From Candidatus Bathyarchaeia archaeon (GTDB lineage Archaea > Thermoproteota > Bathyarchaeia > Bathyarchaeales > Bathycorpusculaceae): 64,000 nucleotides of DNA. The DNA lies in contig JAVZNC010000001.1 in NCBI GenBank assembly GCA_038882955.1, forward strand, positions 224,001 to 288,000, in the 5' to 3' direction. The notes under the pieces are model-generated. The model did no database searches, had not been told where the DNA came from, and saw nothing but the letters and a program-made list of their open reading frames with translations. A program made the translations under genes and the position numbers. Below, piece after piece: positions 27,767-38,799 of the stretch; within the stretch, counting starts at the first letter, position 1, and each line of letters begins with the position of its first letter.

Positions 27767-29086
27767 GTGAAGTTAGATTCTATTGGCGATTGGCGTAGAA
27801 CGCATTATTCCGTGGACGTTAAACCTGAACTGCACGGTTTAGACGTTATTCTTTTTGGGTGGGTTCAGGAGATTAGGGATTTAGGTGGAATTCGTTTTAT
27901 AATATTGCAGGACAGAGAAGGCACCATTCAAATTACGGTTCCAAAGAAAAAGGTTAGCGGCGAAGTGCTGTCGAAGTCTCAAATGCTTCAGAAACGCTAC
28001 AGCATAGGCGTTTTAGGAACAGTGCAGAAAACAGAAATTACGCCCCGCGGCGTCGAAGTAATACCGAAGGAAATTAGGATTTTCAGCACAGCAGCGCCGC
28101 AACTGCCACTGGACATTACGGGTAAAACGCCAGCGAAGCTTGATGTGAGGCTCGACGCTAGAGCGTTGGACTTGTGCAGCGAAGAAAACGTGGCGGTTTT
28201 TAAAATTCAACATGCAGCCGTAGAGGCAATACGGGATTTCCTTTTTGAGAGAGGCTTCATAGAAGTTCACACTCCACGGATTATTGCTTCAGCCACGGAA
28301 GGCGGTGCGGCGCTCTTTTCGGTTGATTATTTTGGCAGGAGAGCCTTCCTAGCCCAAAGCCCACAGTTGTATAAGGAACAGCTTGTCATGAGCCTAGAGA
28401 AGGTTTTTGAAGTGGGTCCATTTTTTAGGGCTGAGGAATCGCATACGCGAATGCACACAAGCGAGTTCGTTTCAATAGACATTGAGCAGGCGTTCGCTGA
28501 CGCTGAGGATGTTATGCAGTTGTTGGAGCAGTTGATTCAGCATGTCTGTAAAGTTGTAAACGAAAAATGTCAGCGCGAATTGGCGACGTTGAAACACAAG
28601 GTTCATGTTCCAGAAGTTCCATTCAAAAGGCTAACCTACAACGACGTTCTTGAAGACTTGAAAAGCGAAGGCGTAGAAATTCCTTGGGGAGAAGACATAC
28701 CAACGCCAGCGCTGCGAACGCTCGGCAAGATTCACCCAACATTCTATTTCATAACAGATTGGCCTACGCATTCAAAGGCTTTCTACATAAAGCCACGTGA
28801 CGAAAAACCAGAGATATGTGATGGTTTCGACTTGATGTGGCGATGGTTGGAACTTGTTTCTGGCGGAACAAGAATTGCAGATAAGGAATTGCTTATAAAG
28901 CGCTTGAAGGAGAAGGGGCTAAACCCAGAATCTTTCAAGCATCACTTGCAAGCTTTTGATTATGGTATGCCGCCACATGCTGGTTGGGCAATCGGTTTGG
29001 AACGCTTAACAATGATGCTGACTGGAAAAAGAAACATTAGGGAAGTTACGCTTTATCCAAGAGACAAGTTTAGGGTAACCCCATAA
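27767..29086 (+). CDS. aspS: Aspartyl-tRNA synthetase
   Basis: OB fold GWV..IRDLG, LAQSPQLYK, FRAE, GMPPHAGWAIGLER. Confidence 0.95.
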   Translation: MKLDSIGDWRRTHYSVDVKPELHGLDVILFGWVQEIRDLGGIRFIILQDREGTIQITVPKKKVSGEVLSKSQMLQKRYSIGVLGTVQKTEITPRGVEVIPKEIRIFSTAAPQLPLDITGKTPAKLDVRLDARALDLCSEENVAVFKIQHAAVEAIRDFLFERGFIEVHTPRIIASATEGGAALFSVDYFGRRAFLAQSPQLYKEQLVMSLEKVFEVGPFFRAEESHTRMHTSEFVSIDIEQAFADAEDVMQLLEQLIQHVCKVVNEKCQRELATLKHKVHVPEVPFKRLTYNDVLEDLKSEGVEIPWGEDIPTPALRTLGKIHPTFYFITDWPTHSKAFYIKPRDEKPEICDGFDLMWRWLELVSGGTRIADKELLIKRLKEKGLNPESFKHHLQAFDYGMPPHAGWAIGLERLTMMLTGKRNIREVTLYPRDKFRVTP

Positions 29087-29225
29087 AATTTTCATAATTT
29101 TGGAGCTTTTCCACTGCAATGGTGACTCCCCCTCTAGGATTTTTCTGGTTTTATGTTATAGAGGGATATTACAGAATGGATAAAGAGGAGTCTGCGAATT
29201 ATTATTGTGGAGGAAGGAGAGCAGC

Positions 29226-29660
29226 ATGAAAAGATATTATGTTCTATCTATTGCTATAGCCATTTCACTTCTCACAATTAGCTTTTCAACCATACACTCG
29301 GAAGAAACACGATGGCTCTGTTTTGCATGCGAAGACGGCGGCGTTATTGACAAAACACCATGCGAAGCCTTCACTGTGCAGATAACTTTCAAAAACACTG
29401 GGAAATGCGAGGGCGCATGGTCTGTGAACATAGCCTTTGAAGGGGAAACTTGGAGTTGGAGCGGAGCACCGCAAACATTAACCCTCAAGCCACACAAAAC
29501 AAAAACTTTAACATGGAACGGCTCGGTTCCATGCGATGCGCCGATAAACTCCATAGCACGCCTAATAGTCTATTACAACGACTCTTTCACGCCTTTGAAC
29601 TGGTGGATTTACGTGGTTTCAGGCGCAGAGCTAACAGTAACATCAAGTCAAGTACGTTAA
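29226..29660 (+). CDS. Secreted Ig-like hypothetical protein
   Basis: Signal peptide; ITFKNTG...LTLKP..TKTLTW. Confidence 0.7.
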   Translation: MKRYYVLSIAIAISLLTISFSTIHSEETRWLCFACEDGGVIDKTPCEAFTVQITFKNTGKCEGAWSVNIAFEGETWSWSGAPQTLTLKPHKTKTLTWNGSVPCDAPINSIARLIVYYNDSFTPLNWWIYVVSGAELTVTSSQVR

Positions 29661-29769
29661 GGCTTTTGCCTACGCTTTCTAAATTTAACATGATTTTTAG
29701 TTAAAAATGTAATAAAAACTCATAAGCAACCAGTTTCTACTTTGCGCCCGTAAAGGGGAGGAACCAAAA

Positions 29770-31257
29770 ATAGGGTGCGGAGTGTTCGGGGCTGTAAACT
29801 TCGAAAAACAGCCCATATTCCCATACATTTACTGGGGCATGCGCGCCCAAAACCATAGAGGACATCAGTCACACGGTTTCCTCACATACTATAACGGAAA
29901 ATTCCACACTCACAGAAGCCTAGACCTTATACCAAAAATAAAGACAAGCGCCATACAAGAATGGTTTGGAAGACTGCCCGGACACGTGGGCATAGCAAAT
30001 GTTAGGTACACAACCTCTGGAAAGTCCGATGAAAAATCGCTGATAAAGGGCACACAGCCAGTTACAGCATCAAAAAATGGGTTGAAGTTGGCTATCTCTT
30101 TTAACGGCAACGTGGTGAACACGCTTCACTTGAAAAGGGAAATATGTGAAACATTCCCGAAATTTTCCTACGAATGCGACGCCGACCTAATTTGCCACAA
30201 GCTGCTAATTGAACTAATGAAAGGTAAAGAGTTGGAGTCAGCCGTCGAAAACTGCATGCATGAAGTTGAAGGCGCATTTTCAGTTGCTGGAATAACGAAA
30301 GATGGCAGGTTCTTCGCATTTAAAGACCCGTATGGGATAAGACCACTATGCGCAGGTCACAGCCAAGACAAAAAAACATACGCTTTCTCGTCTGAAACCG
30401 TTGGGTTGGACATAAACGGCTTCGAAAAAGACTTCGAAATTGAACCAGGAGAACTTGTAACCGTTTCGGAAAGCGGCTTTAACCGACAAAAGCTCGTGGA
30501 TGGAAAATGTAGGGCGCTATGCGCCTTTGAGTTTGCATATTTTGCGAGACCAGATTCATCCTTTGATGAAAAATACGTTTACGAAGTGCGCGAAGAGTTT
30601 GGAAGAAACCTTGTTAGGGAAAACCCGGATATAGTTAAGGATGCGGACATAATCATTTCAATGCCAGAAACAGGCGACGACGCAGCAATGGGAGTTCACG
30701 AAGCCTCTGGGTTAAGATGGGAAAGAGCCTCGCGCAGACACAGATACGTGACGGAAAGAGCATTCATACTGCTTAACAAGGAGCGCTATGAAACAATAGA
30801 CAAGAAAATCAACATTTTAGCATCAAAAGTTAGGGGAAAACGCATCATAATAACCGAAGACAGCATCGTAAGAGGCGACACAACAAGAGTTGTCATCGAA
30901 AAGCTTCGCAGAATGGGCGCCAAAAAAGTCTACTTGTTCGTGACTTTCCCACGAATAATTGGACCATGCTTTTACGGAATCGACATGGCAACATACGGAC
31001 AACTGATAGGCTCAAAACACACGGCTGAAGAAATCGCGAAAATTATAGGCGCGGACGCCGTGCGCTATCAGTCGATGGAAAATTTTGTAAAAGCCACAGG
31101 CTTTTCAAGAGACCAGTTATGTTTAGGATGCGTGACTGGAAAATATCCAACGCCACTAGCGCAGAAGATAGCTGATGAGATGAGGAAGAGGTTCTTGGAG
31201 GGCTACGAGGAGACTGGAAGGCTCTACGAGATAATTGAAGCCCTAGAAGGAACGTAA
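29770..31257 (+). CDS. purF: Amidophosphoribosyltransferase (probable ATA start)
   Basis: QNHRG, NVRYTTSG, CAFEFAYFARPDS, EDSIVRGDT, CFYGID; N-terminal GCGVFG lies upstream of the GTG at 29782. Confidence 0.92.
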   Translation: MGCGVFGAVNFEKQPIFPYIYWGMRAQNHRGHQSHGFLTYYNGKFHTHRSLDLIPKIKTSAIQEWFGRLPGHVGIANVRYTTSGKSDEKSLIKGTQPVTASKNGLKLAISFNGNVVNTLHLKREICETFPKFSYECDADLICHKLLIELMKGKELESAVENCMHEVEGAFSVAGITKDGRFFAFKDPYGIRPLCAGHSQDKKTYAFSSETVGLDINGFEKDFEIEPGELVTVSESGFNRQKLVDGKCRALCAFEFAYFARPDSSFDEKYVYEVREEFGRNLVRENPDIVKDADIIISMPETGDDAAMGVHEASGLRWERASRRHRYVTERAFILLNKERYETIDKKINILASKVRGKRIIITEDSIVRGDTTRVVIEKLRRMGAKKVYLFVTFPRIIGPCFYGIDMATYGQLIGSKHTAEEIAKIIGADAVRYQSMENFVKATGFSRDQLCLGCVTGKYPTPLAQKIADEMRKRFLEGYEETGRLYEIIEALEGT

Positions 31258-31309
31258 CAACAAAATATGATTTTAAGCCAAATCTTATACATTAAGTGAA
31301 GGGAACATT

Positions 31310-32719
31310 ATGGAAAAGGTTGGCGTGCTCGCTGTCTCCTACGGCGCGAGAGAGACATCCATAATCGACGCCTTTGCGCGCAGCCTAAAATACAAAGTGG
31401 AAATTTATGTGGCTGACAAACAGAAAAACCCCTTTAACATTGAAAGGGCGAAAGAACACGTTGTCATACCAGACTTGAACGTGGAGGAAATCTGCAAATT
31501 TGCAGAGAAAAACAAAGACAAGATAGACTTTGGAATTGTGGGTCCGGAAAAGCCAATAATAGATGGTGTCCGCGACATGGTTGAGAAGCGAACTGGCATA
31601 CCGATGATTTGTCCAACAAAGGAATGCGCAATTGAAGCAAGCAAAGTTAAACAGCGCCTACTATTCGACGAAATTGCGCCAGAGGTGAACCCACGCTTCA
31701 AAATTTTCAACCCAAAAGATTATGGGAGCCAAGAAGAAGCCAAAAAAGAACTTTACAAGTGGCTTGACGAGCTTGATAATATGGCAGTTGTGAAGCCAGA
31801 TTTGCCAGCTGCTGGAAAAGGCGTAGGCGTGTGGGGCGACCACTTCACAAGCCGCGAGCAGCTCCTAGAACACTTTTTTGCGAACTTTCAGCATGGCGCA
31901 GTAATAGTTGAAGAAAAAATTGATGGCGAAGAATCAAGCTTTCAGGCTTTCTGTGACGGAAAACATCTCGTGCCCCTGCCAGACACTAGGGATTACAAAC
32001 GTGCTTTCGACGGGGATAAGGGACCAAACACTGGCGGGATGGGCTCATACAAGGACAAGGACGAAAAGTTGCCGTTTATGACAACAGCAGAGCGGAAAAG
32101 AGAAATTGAAACTGTAAAAAGGATTTTTGAAGGATGGAAGGTGAAGGATAAAACGGCTTTGAGGGGAATACCATTCTACGTTGCTTTCATGCACACCGGC
32201 AAAGGCTTGAAGATTCTCGAAAACAACAGCAGACCAGGAGACCCAGAAATAATCAACATCATGCCGATAATTAAAGAGGATTTCGTGGACGTCTGCCTCA
32301 AAATTTTGGACGGCAACCTAACAAGCGTCGCGCTGGATGAAGCTGCAACAGTTGTCACCTACAAGGTTCCGCCAAACTACGGCGGCTACGCGGACGCATT
32401 TCCAAAAAATGTAAAAAAGGATGAAATTGACACGCCCGTTGACTTAACAGAAGCGTATAGGCTAAGAGAAAAGTATGGGGAGCAAATCCGCATTTATCCA
32501 GCCTCTGTGGAACTTCGTGGAGGCAAAATTTACGCTCTTAAATCTAGGGCTGTTGCCGTTGTTGGCATAGGCGAAAACATTGAAGAGGCTAGGAAAATTT
32601 CAATAGAGGGAATTAATGCGATAAAGGGCGGAGCGCTTTGGCATAGAAGAGACATAGCCTCAAAAGAGCATATTGGAAAAAGTGTTAGGCATATGGAGGA
32701 GTTGAGGAGCAAACGGTGA
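31310..32719 (+). CDS. purD: Phosphoribosylamine-glycine ligase
   Basis: YGARE, VGPE, AAGKGV, DYKRAFDGDKGPNTGGMGSY, RPGDPE. Confidence 0.92.
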   Translation: MEKVGVLAVSYGARETSIIDAFARSLKYKVEIYVADKQKNPFNIERAKEHVVIPDLNVEEICKFAEKNKDKIDFGIVGPEKPIIDGVRDMVEKRTGIPMICPTKECAIEASKVKQRLLFDEIAPEVNPRFKIFNPKDYGSQEEAKKELYKWLDELDNMAVVKPDLPAAGKGVGVWGDHFTSREQLLEHFFANFQHGAVIVEEKIDGEESSFQAFCDGKHLVPLPDTRDYKRAFDGDKGPNTGGMGSYKDKDEKLPFMTTAERKREIETVKRIFEGWKVKDKTALRGIPFYVAFMHTGKGLKILENNSRPGDPEIINIMPIIKEDFVDVCLKILDGNLTSVALDEAATVVTYKVPPNYGGYADAFPKNVKKDEIDTPVDLTEAYRLREKYGEQIRIYPASVELRGGKIYALKSRAVAVVGIGENIEEARKISIEGINAIKGGALWHRRDIASKEHIGKSVRHMEELRSKR

Positions 32720-33789
32720 AAAGAGTTTTTGTGTCTGACTGCGAAGGACCCATATCAAAAAATGATAATGCTTTTGAAATAACAGCCCATTACGTGCCAA
32801 ACGGAGAACACTTTTTTACTGTTATAAGCCGTTATGACGACGTTTTGGCATACGTCTTGAAAAGGAGAGGCTACAAGGCTGGAGACACTTTAAAGCTTAT
32901 TTTGCCATTCCTTAGGGCTTACGGCGTAACGGATAGGAAAATGCACGAATTTTCAGCAAGAAGTTTAGTTTTAATTCCAAAAGCAAGAGAAATGCTACGC
33001 CATGCAAGAGGGCTAGCCCACGCTTTCATCGTGAGCACAAGCTACGAGCATTACGTAAGGGCGCTGTGCAAAGCCGTTGAATTTCCGTTCAGAAACACAT
33101 ATTGTACAAGGCTGAAAATCAGCAAATACCACATAGTAAAGAATGAGAAAAAGCGGCTTATAGAGTTGGCAAAGGAAATCGCACAGATGCCAATAATCGA
33201 GATTCCAGAATACGCCAAATCGCTGGAAGATTTCCCAATGGAACATCGCGAAACTGTTTTGCGTTTGGATGAAATCTTTTGGAAAGAAATAGCGCGTATG
33301 GAGTCTGGAAGATTTCTTCACGAGGTTAATCCAGTTGGCGGCGTGGAGAAAGCAGAAGCAATAAGAGATGCTGTGAAAAGGGTTGGCGCGAGATTGTCAG
33401 ATGTAATGTATGTGGGCGACAGCATAACAGACATGGAAGCCTTCAAACTTGTGAAAGAAAATGGCGGTTTAACCATTTCATTTAACGGCAACAGGTACGC
33501 CGTGGAAAACGCTGAAATTGCAATTCTATCCAACCACTGTACGCCAACAGCAATAATCGCCGAATTATTCACTCGCTTCGGAAAGGAACAAACGTTAAAA
33601 ATTGTGGAGCATTGGAGTTTCGAATCCTTGAAACAAGCAGGAATAAGTTCAACCCTAATCGAAAACCTCCTAAAGCTTGATTTGCCCAAAGTTAAAATAA
33701 TGACAGAAGAAAATATTGAGGCTCTAGCGAGAGAAAGCAGCCAATTTAGGAAAAAAGTTAGGGGAGAAGCCATAGGAAGGTTGGGTTAG
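32716..33789 (+). CDS. HAD-superfamily protein (COG4030/EhaR-like)
   Basis: SDCEGPISKNDNAFE, VSTSY, K, YVGDSITD, SFNGN. Confidence 0.8.
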   Translation: MKRVFVSDCEGPISKNDNAFEITAHYVPNGEHFFTVISRYDDVLAYVLKRRGYKAGDTLKLILPFLRAYGVTDRKMHEFSARSLVLIPKAREMLRHARGLAHAFIVSTSYEHYVRALCKAVEFPFRNTYCTRLKISKYHIVKNEKKRLIELAKEIAQMPIIEIPEYAKSLEDFPMEHRETVLRLDEIFWKEIARMESGRFLHEVNPVGGVEKAEAIRDAVKRVGARLSDVMYVGDSITDMEAFKLVKENGGLTISFNGNRYAVENAEIAILSNHCTPTAIIAELFTRFGKEQTLKIVEHWSFESLKQAGISSTLIENLLKLDLPKVKIMTEENIEALARESSQFRKKVRGEAIGRLG

Positions 33790-33792
33790 AAA

Positions 33793-34704
33793 ATGACTGT
33801 AAAAACTAAAATTGAAGATACGTATGCAGAGGCTTTCGCGGGTATATACACAAGATTAATCGTCACGGCGGATGATGCGGAAATACTGCGGAAGGCAGCG
33901 GAAGACGCAACTGCGACACCGTCCATTGTTATTGGGCGGGTTGAGGGCGGAATAGAAAAGTGGCTAAACGAAAAAGAAACGCCAGACAAACGCAAAGGAG
34001 CGCTACTTCAGTTTTGGGGCGGAATAGACCCTAAAAAGCCCTTTTCAGACTCCCTAAAGAAGTTTGAAGTTGAGCTTTCCTATAGAATTAGGCAGGACAT
34101 CCTCGTTAAGCCATTCACCGCAATTTTTGACGCAACGCCGAACGCAGAAGGAAAAATCGACATGATGGAACGCGTCGGACACTGCGGAGACGGATATGAA
34201 TGGGTTGAGAAGCGTTATGGACGTGAAGTAATAGTTGTGCCAATAATGGTTCCAGACTTCATAATTGAACGCCAAATTGGATACGCCAAAGGTGTCATGG
34301 GAGCAAACTTCTGGATAATGTGCAAAACAAAAGAGGCGCTAAAGGAGGCTTCTGAAAAGGCTTTAGAAGCAATAAGCACTGTGGAAGGCGTTATAACGCC
34401 ATTCGACGTTTGTTCTGCTGGCTCAAAACCAGAGACGCGTTTTCCATGGATAGGACCAACAACAAACCATCCTTACTGCCCATCACTAAAAGAAAAAATT
34501 GGAAGAGAATCGAAAGTGCCGGAAGGCGTCAACTACATTCCAGAAATAGTGATTAACGGCATAATGATGGAGGCTGTTAAAAAGGCGATGAAGGCTGGAA
34601 TAGAAGCGGTTCTTAACGTTGATGGTGTTGTTAAGGTTTCGGCTGGAAATTATGGCGGAAAGCTTGGCGAATACAAGATTTATTTGCGTGAGTTGTTTAA
34701 ATGA
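33793..34704 (+). CDS. ftr: Formylmethanofuran-H4MPT N-formyltransferase family protein
   Basis: [49 protein letters not shown]. Confidence 0.88.
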   Translation: MTVKTKIEDTYAEAFAGIYTRLIVTADDAEILRKAAEDATATPSIVIGRVEGGIEKWLNEKETPDKRKGALLQFWGGIDPKKPFSDSLKKFEVELSYRIRQDILVKPFTAIFDATPNAEGKIDMMERVGHCGDGYEWVEKRYGREVIVVPIMVPDFIIERQIGYAKGVMGANFWIMCKTKEALKEASEKALEAISTVEGVITPFDVCSAGSKPETRFPWIGPTTNHPYCPSLKEKIGRESKVPEGVNYIPEIVINGIMMEAVKKAMKAGIEAVLNVDGVVKVSAGNYGGKLGEYKIYLRELFK

Positions 34705-35615
34705 GTCGCTTTGACGTTGTGGGCTTCGGAGCCCTAAACGTTGACAAACTTTTCAGAGTCAACAAAATAGCTGGTGCAGAAGAAGAAGGCTTCATAAAAG
34801 ACTGCGAAGAAACATGCGGAGGCTCAGCAGCAAACACTATTGTTGGTTTGGCGAGACTTGGATGCAAAACTGGCTTTGTCGGAAAAGTTGCTGACGATAG
34901 GGAGGGTAGAATGCTAATCGAAGACTTTCATAGAGAAGGCGTGGATACGAACGGTATAATACATGCGAAAGGTGGAAGAAGCGGGGCAGTGATGGGATTC
35001 GTCGACGAAAAGGGCGAAAGAGCCTTATACGTTGACCCAGGCGTGAACGACACAATAGAGTTTAGCGAAGTAAACAAGGAATACGCGTTCAACACACAAT
35101 TCTTGCATTTAACATCCTTTGTCGGCAAAAAATCCTTCCAAACCCAAAAAAGGCTAACCGAAATCTTGCCAGAAAACATTAAAGTGAGCTTCGACCCTGG
35201 AGAACTCTATGCAAGAAAAGGTTTAGTCGCGCTCGAACCGATAATAAGACGAACCTTTGTTTTGATGCCGAACCAGAGAGAAATCGAACTCTTAACTAAG
35301 GCGAAAGATTACAAAAAAGGCGCTGAAATTCTGTTGGAGAAAGGCGTTAAAATAGTTGCTGTTAAGCTTGGCAGCAACGGTTGCTATGTAACTGATGGAA
35401 AAGAAAATCACCATGTAGACAGATTTAACGTTAAGGTTGTGGACACAACTGGTGCTGGAGACGCTTTCTGCGCGGGGTTCCTATACGGCTTGATTAATGG
35501 AAAAAGCCTATACGAGTGCGGAAGACTCGGCAATTTTGTGGCTTCAAGATGCATAATAAAAATGGGCGCAAGAACGGGGCTTCCACGCGTTAAGGATTTA
35601 GAAGTTCTTGGTTAG
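34701..35615 (+). CDS. PfkB-family carbohydrate/nucleoside kinase
   Basis: [16 protein letters not shown]. Confidence 0.92.
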   Translation: MSRFDVVGFGALNVDKLFRVNKIAGAEEEGFIKDCEETCGGSAANTIVGLARLGCKTGFVGKVADDREGRMLIEDFHREGVDTNGIIHAKGGRSGAVMGFVDEKGERALYVDPGVNDTIEFSEVNKEYAFNTQFLHLTSFVGKKSFQTQKRLTEILPENIKVSFDPGELYARKGLVALEPIIRRTFVLMPNQREIELLTKAKDYKKGAEILLEKGVKIVAVKLGSNGCYVTDGKENHHVDRFNVKVVDTTGAGDAFCAGFLYGLINGKSLYECGRLGNFVASRCIIKMGARTGLPRVKDLEVLG

Positions 35616-36416
35616 GTATTCAATTAAGCCTTCAAAGATTAGTTTTCCATCGCCATATTGCGGCATCTGCCTTTGCCTAGTCCAGTCTGGATGCTGCCAC
35701 CAGTAGAAGGCTCTTTCTGGGTGCGGCATCAAACCAAATATTGTTCCTTCCGGGTTGCATATCCCAGCAATATCGTGAAAAGAGCCGTTTGGGTTTGTTG
35801 GAAAACGTCCATCAGCATATTCGCCGCCTTCGTCGCAGTAGCGGAAAACAAGTTGGTCATTCTCGCAAAGTTTCTCCAAGAAACGCTTCTCTTTTTCTTT
35901 CGGGAATAGGAAACGCCCTTCAGAATGTGCAACTGGCATACGCAAGACTTTGCCATGTGGAATTTTTTGCGTAAATATGCATTTGCCCTTTCCTTCGTGT
36001 TTAAGGTAAATCCACCGACAATTATAACCAGGCGGAAGGTTAGTTGCCAAAGAAGCCTCTGGGTATTGACTTATTCCATTAAAGCCTGGCAGCAATCCAG
36101 CCTCAACGAGGACTTGGAAGCCATTGCATATTCCCAAAATTGGACGATTTTCCTTAACAAACTCCCTTAACTCCCTATCGAGCTTTGCTATCAACCACTT
36201 AGCCCAAATGGCGCCAGCCCTCACATAATCACCATAAGAAAAACCACCGGGAAAAACCAACGCGTGATAATCGAGTAGACTTTTGCGCTTTATAACTTCG
36301 TTCGCGTGAACCACTTCGGCTCTAACGCCTAAATCTTCAAAGGCTCTTTTGGTTTCAGCGTCGCAGTTTGTTCCGCCAACACGTAAAACGCAAACGCGAA
36401 TCTTTTCCCTTTTCAT
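35598..36416 (-). CDS. purQ: FGAM synthase subunit PurQ
   Basis: GTNCD, GGFSYGDY, GICNGFQ, MPHPER. Confidence 0.95.
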   Translation of the reverse strand: MKREKIRVCVLRVGGTNCDAETKRAFEDLGVRAEVVHANEVIKRKSLLDYHALVFPGGFSYGDYVRAGAIWAKWLIAKLDRELREFVKENRPILGICNGFQVLVEAGLLPGFNGISQYPEASLATNLPPGYNCRWIYLKHEGKGKCIFTQKIPHGKVLRMPVAHSEGRFLFPKEKEKRFLEKLCENDQLVFRYCDEGGEYADGRFPTNPNGSFHDIAGICNPEGTIFGLMPHPERAFYWWQHPDWTRQRQMPQYGDGKLIFEGLIEYLTKNF

Positions 36417-36417
36417 T

Positions 36418-38799
36418 TTAGGCACCACTGCTCAGCGGGCTTTTCCAGCTTGCCAACAAATCCTTAAGCGACGCATCAACAACGACATCGCCGTCCAAAC
36501 CATAAATGCACAGTCGCGGAGTCTTTGTGACCTTGCCGATTTCCGCAAAAACTTTTCCATGCATAAGCTTTTCAAATTCCTTTTTAGCTTCTTGCGAAAC
36601 CTCAACCAAGAAGCGACTGTTAGACTCCGAAAAAAGTATGAAATCATTACGGCTGATACCTTCAACTGGAACTTTACGCAAATGCAACTCCATTCCATAA
36701 CCGCCTGAAAAAGCCATCTCCACAGCTGCAACAGCCAAACCGCCCTCTGAAAGGTCATGACAAGACCTTATCAATCCCAAATCAATAGCCCTAGAAATCG
36801 CTCTGAAAGTCTTTCTGGCTTGAGAAGCCCTAACCTTCGGCACGTTTTTCCCAGTGAAGCCTTTAAGCCTATAATATTCCGAACCGCCCAACTCCCTGAA
36901 GGTTCTGCCAACAATGTAGATTACGTTGTTAGGCTCCTTAACATCCATCGAAACTGCAAGACGTATGTCAGGAATAATACCCAAAGCAGTTATCAAAAGC
37001 GTAGGCGTTACAGGTCCAAGAGGTGACTCGTTATAGAGGCTGTCCTTTCCAGAAATAAAAGGCGTTCTAAAAGCCTTGGCAAAATCGTAACACGCCTCAC
37101 AAGCCCTAACGAGGCTGCCAAGCCTTTCGGGTTTTTCTGGGCTCCCCCAGGTGAAATTGTCAAGCAACGCTATGCGCCTTCCGCCAACAGCAACATTATT
37201 TCTTACTGCTTCGTCTATCGCTGAGGCTGCCATCCAATAAGTGTCAATCTTACCATAATTCGGATTCATCCCACATGAAATTACCAAACCCTTCCAAGAA
37301 TTTTCCAAAGGTTTTATTATCGAAGCATCACTTGGTCCGCCATACTTGCCATGCAACGGCTTAAGCACAGTATTTCCTTTCACTTCATGGTCATAAGTTC
37401 GGATTACGCTTTCTTTGCTTGCAATGTTGGGCGAGGACAAAAGTTGTAGAAGTGTTTCTGTTAGGCCCTTTGGTTCTGGAAATTTTGGCTCTTCGCCTTC
37501 TATGGGCTTGTATTCAGCGGTTCGCACAACCATCGGCGGCTCGAATAGGAATGGAATGTCTATTTCAGCCACTTTCTTGCCTTTATAATAAATTCGTAAA
37601 ATCTTGTCATCAGTGTATTTCCCAATAGCCGTAGCTTCAACATCCTCGCTTCCGAAAATCTCCATAACCTTTTCAAGGTTCTCAGGAGGAACAATCAAAA
37701 GCATTCTTTCCTGCGACTCAGAAATGTAGATTTCCCAAGGTGCCAAACCTGCATACTTAAGCGGAACCTTATCAAGCTCGACAACTGCTCCGCAGCCAAA
37801 CCTCTTCGCGGTTTCGCCAACAGCAGAAGATAAGCCGCCACCGCCCAAATCCGTTATTGCAGAGGCAAGCTCAAAATCCCTTATTTGAATTATAGCCCTC
37901 TTAAGCTTCTCCTCTTCAATTGGATTTGCAATTTGAACCGCTGGTCTAGAAATTTCCTCGGACTTCTCAGTTAACTCAGTAGAAGCAAAAGTGACACCGT
38001 GAATACCGTCGCGACCAGTTTTGCCGCCAGCCAAAACAATAATGTCGTTAGGCTTGGCATTCCGCTTAAACTTCCTCAGCGGAAGCAAACCGACGCATCC
38101 ACAATAGACAACGACGTTTCCAACGTAACTCTCATCAAAGTAAATAGCCCCGTTAACCGTGGGAATACCCATGTTATTCCCATAACATCCGATACCAGCA
38201 ACAACACCCAAATACACATATTTTGGATGCTTAACCCCTTGAGGAAGCCGCCTATAATCAAAATCTAGTGGACCAAAGCCTAATACATCAGTGCATGCAA
38301 TTGGGTCAGCCCAAACACCCAAAATATCGCGGATTACACCGCCAACACCAGTGGCGGCGCCACCAAAAGGCTCAATAGCAGAGGGGTGGTTATGTGTTTC
38401 AACTTTTACGGCTATGCCGTAGCCCTTGTCAAAATGGACTATGCCCGCGTTATCCTCAAAGACGGAAAAACACCAGCGCGGCTTTAATTCTTCAGTGGCT
38501 TTCGCAATGTATGTTTTAAAGAGACTGTTGATTTCTTTCCCGTTGAATATTATTTTACCCTTAAAAGTTTTGTGAAAACAATGTTCAGACCATGTTTGCC
38601 CTATGGTTTGAAGCTCAACATCCGTCGGGTTCCGTCCCTTACGCCTAAAATATTCCTGAACTGTTCGCATCTCCTGCAGATTTAATCCTATTCCAAGCTC
38701 TTGGCTTATGCTTAAAAGCTGCTGGTCGCTAGCCTCAAGAATATTTATTTCAAAAAGTGAAAAGGCTGTTTCTCTGCGAATATAGAGATTCGCCTTCAT
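36418..38799 (-). CDS. purL: FGAM synthase subunit PurL
   Basis: WSEHCFHK, ETHNHPS, DLGGGGL, SESQERM, HDLSEGGL. Confidence 0.96.
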   Translation of the reverse strand: MKANLYIRRETAFSLFEINILEASDQQLLSISQELGIGLNLQEMRTVQEYFRRKGRNPTDVELQTIGQTWSEHCFHKTFKGKIIFNGKEINSLFKTYIAKATEELKPRWCFSVFEDNAGIVHFDKGYGIAVKVETHNHPSAIEPFGGAATGVGGVIRDILGVWADPIACTDVLGFGPLDFDYRRLPQGVKHPKYVYLGVVAGIGCYGNNMGIPTVNGAIYFDESYVGNVVVYCGCVGLLPLRKFKRNAKPNDIIVLAGGKTGRDGIHGVTFASTELTEKSEEISRPAVQIANPIEEEKLKRAIIQIRDFELASAITDLGGGGLSSAVGETAKRFGCGAVVELDKVPLKYAGLAPWEIYISESQERMLLIVPPENLEKVMEIFGSEDVEATAIGKYTDDKILRIYYKGKKVAEIDIPFLFEPPMVVRTAEYKPIEGEEPKFPEPKGLTETLLQLLSSPNIASKESVIRTYDHEVKGNTVLKPLHGKYGGPSDASIIKPLENSWKGLVISCGMNPNYGKIDTYWMAASAIDEAVRNNVAVGGRRIALLDNFTWGSPEKPERLGSLVRACEACYDFAKAFRTPFISGKDSLYNESPLGPVTPTLLITALGIIPDIRLAVSMDVKEPNNVIYIVGRTFRELGGSEYYRLKGFTGKNVPKVRASQARKTFRAISRAIDLGLIRSCHDLSEGGLAVAAVEMAFSGGYGMELHLRKVPVEGISRNDFILFSESNSRFLVEVSQEAKKEFEKLMHGKVFAEIGKVTKTPRLCIYGLDGDVVVDASLKDLLASWKSPLSSGA

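Noticed and set aside
29100-29135. GGAGCT...GGTGACTCC resembling a fluoride riboswitch
   Set aside because: It lacks the P1 stem and the GATG/CTAC core
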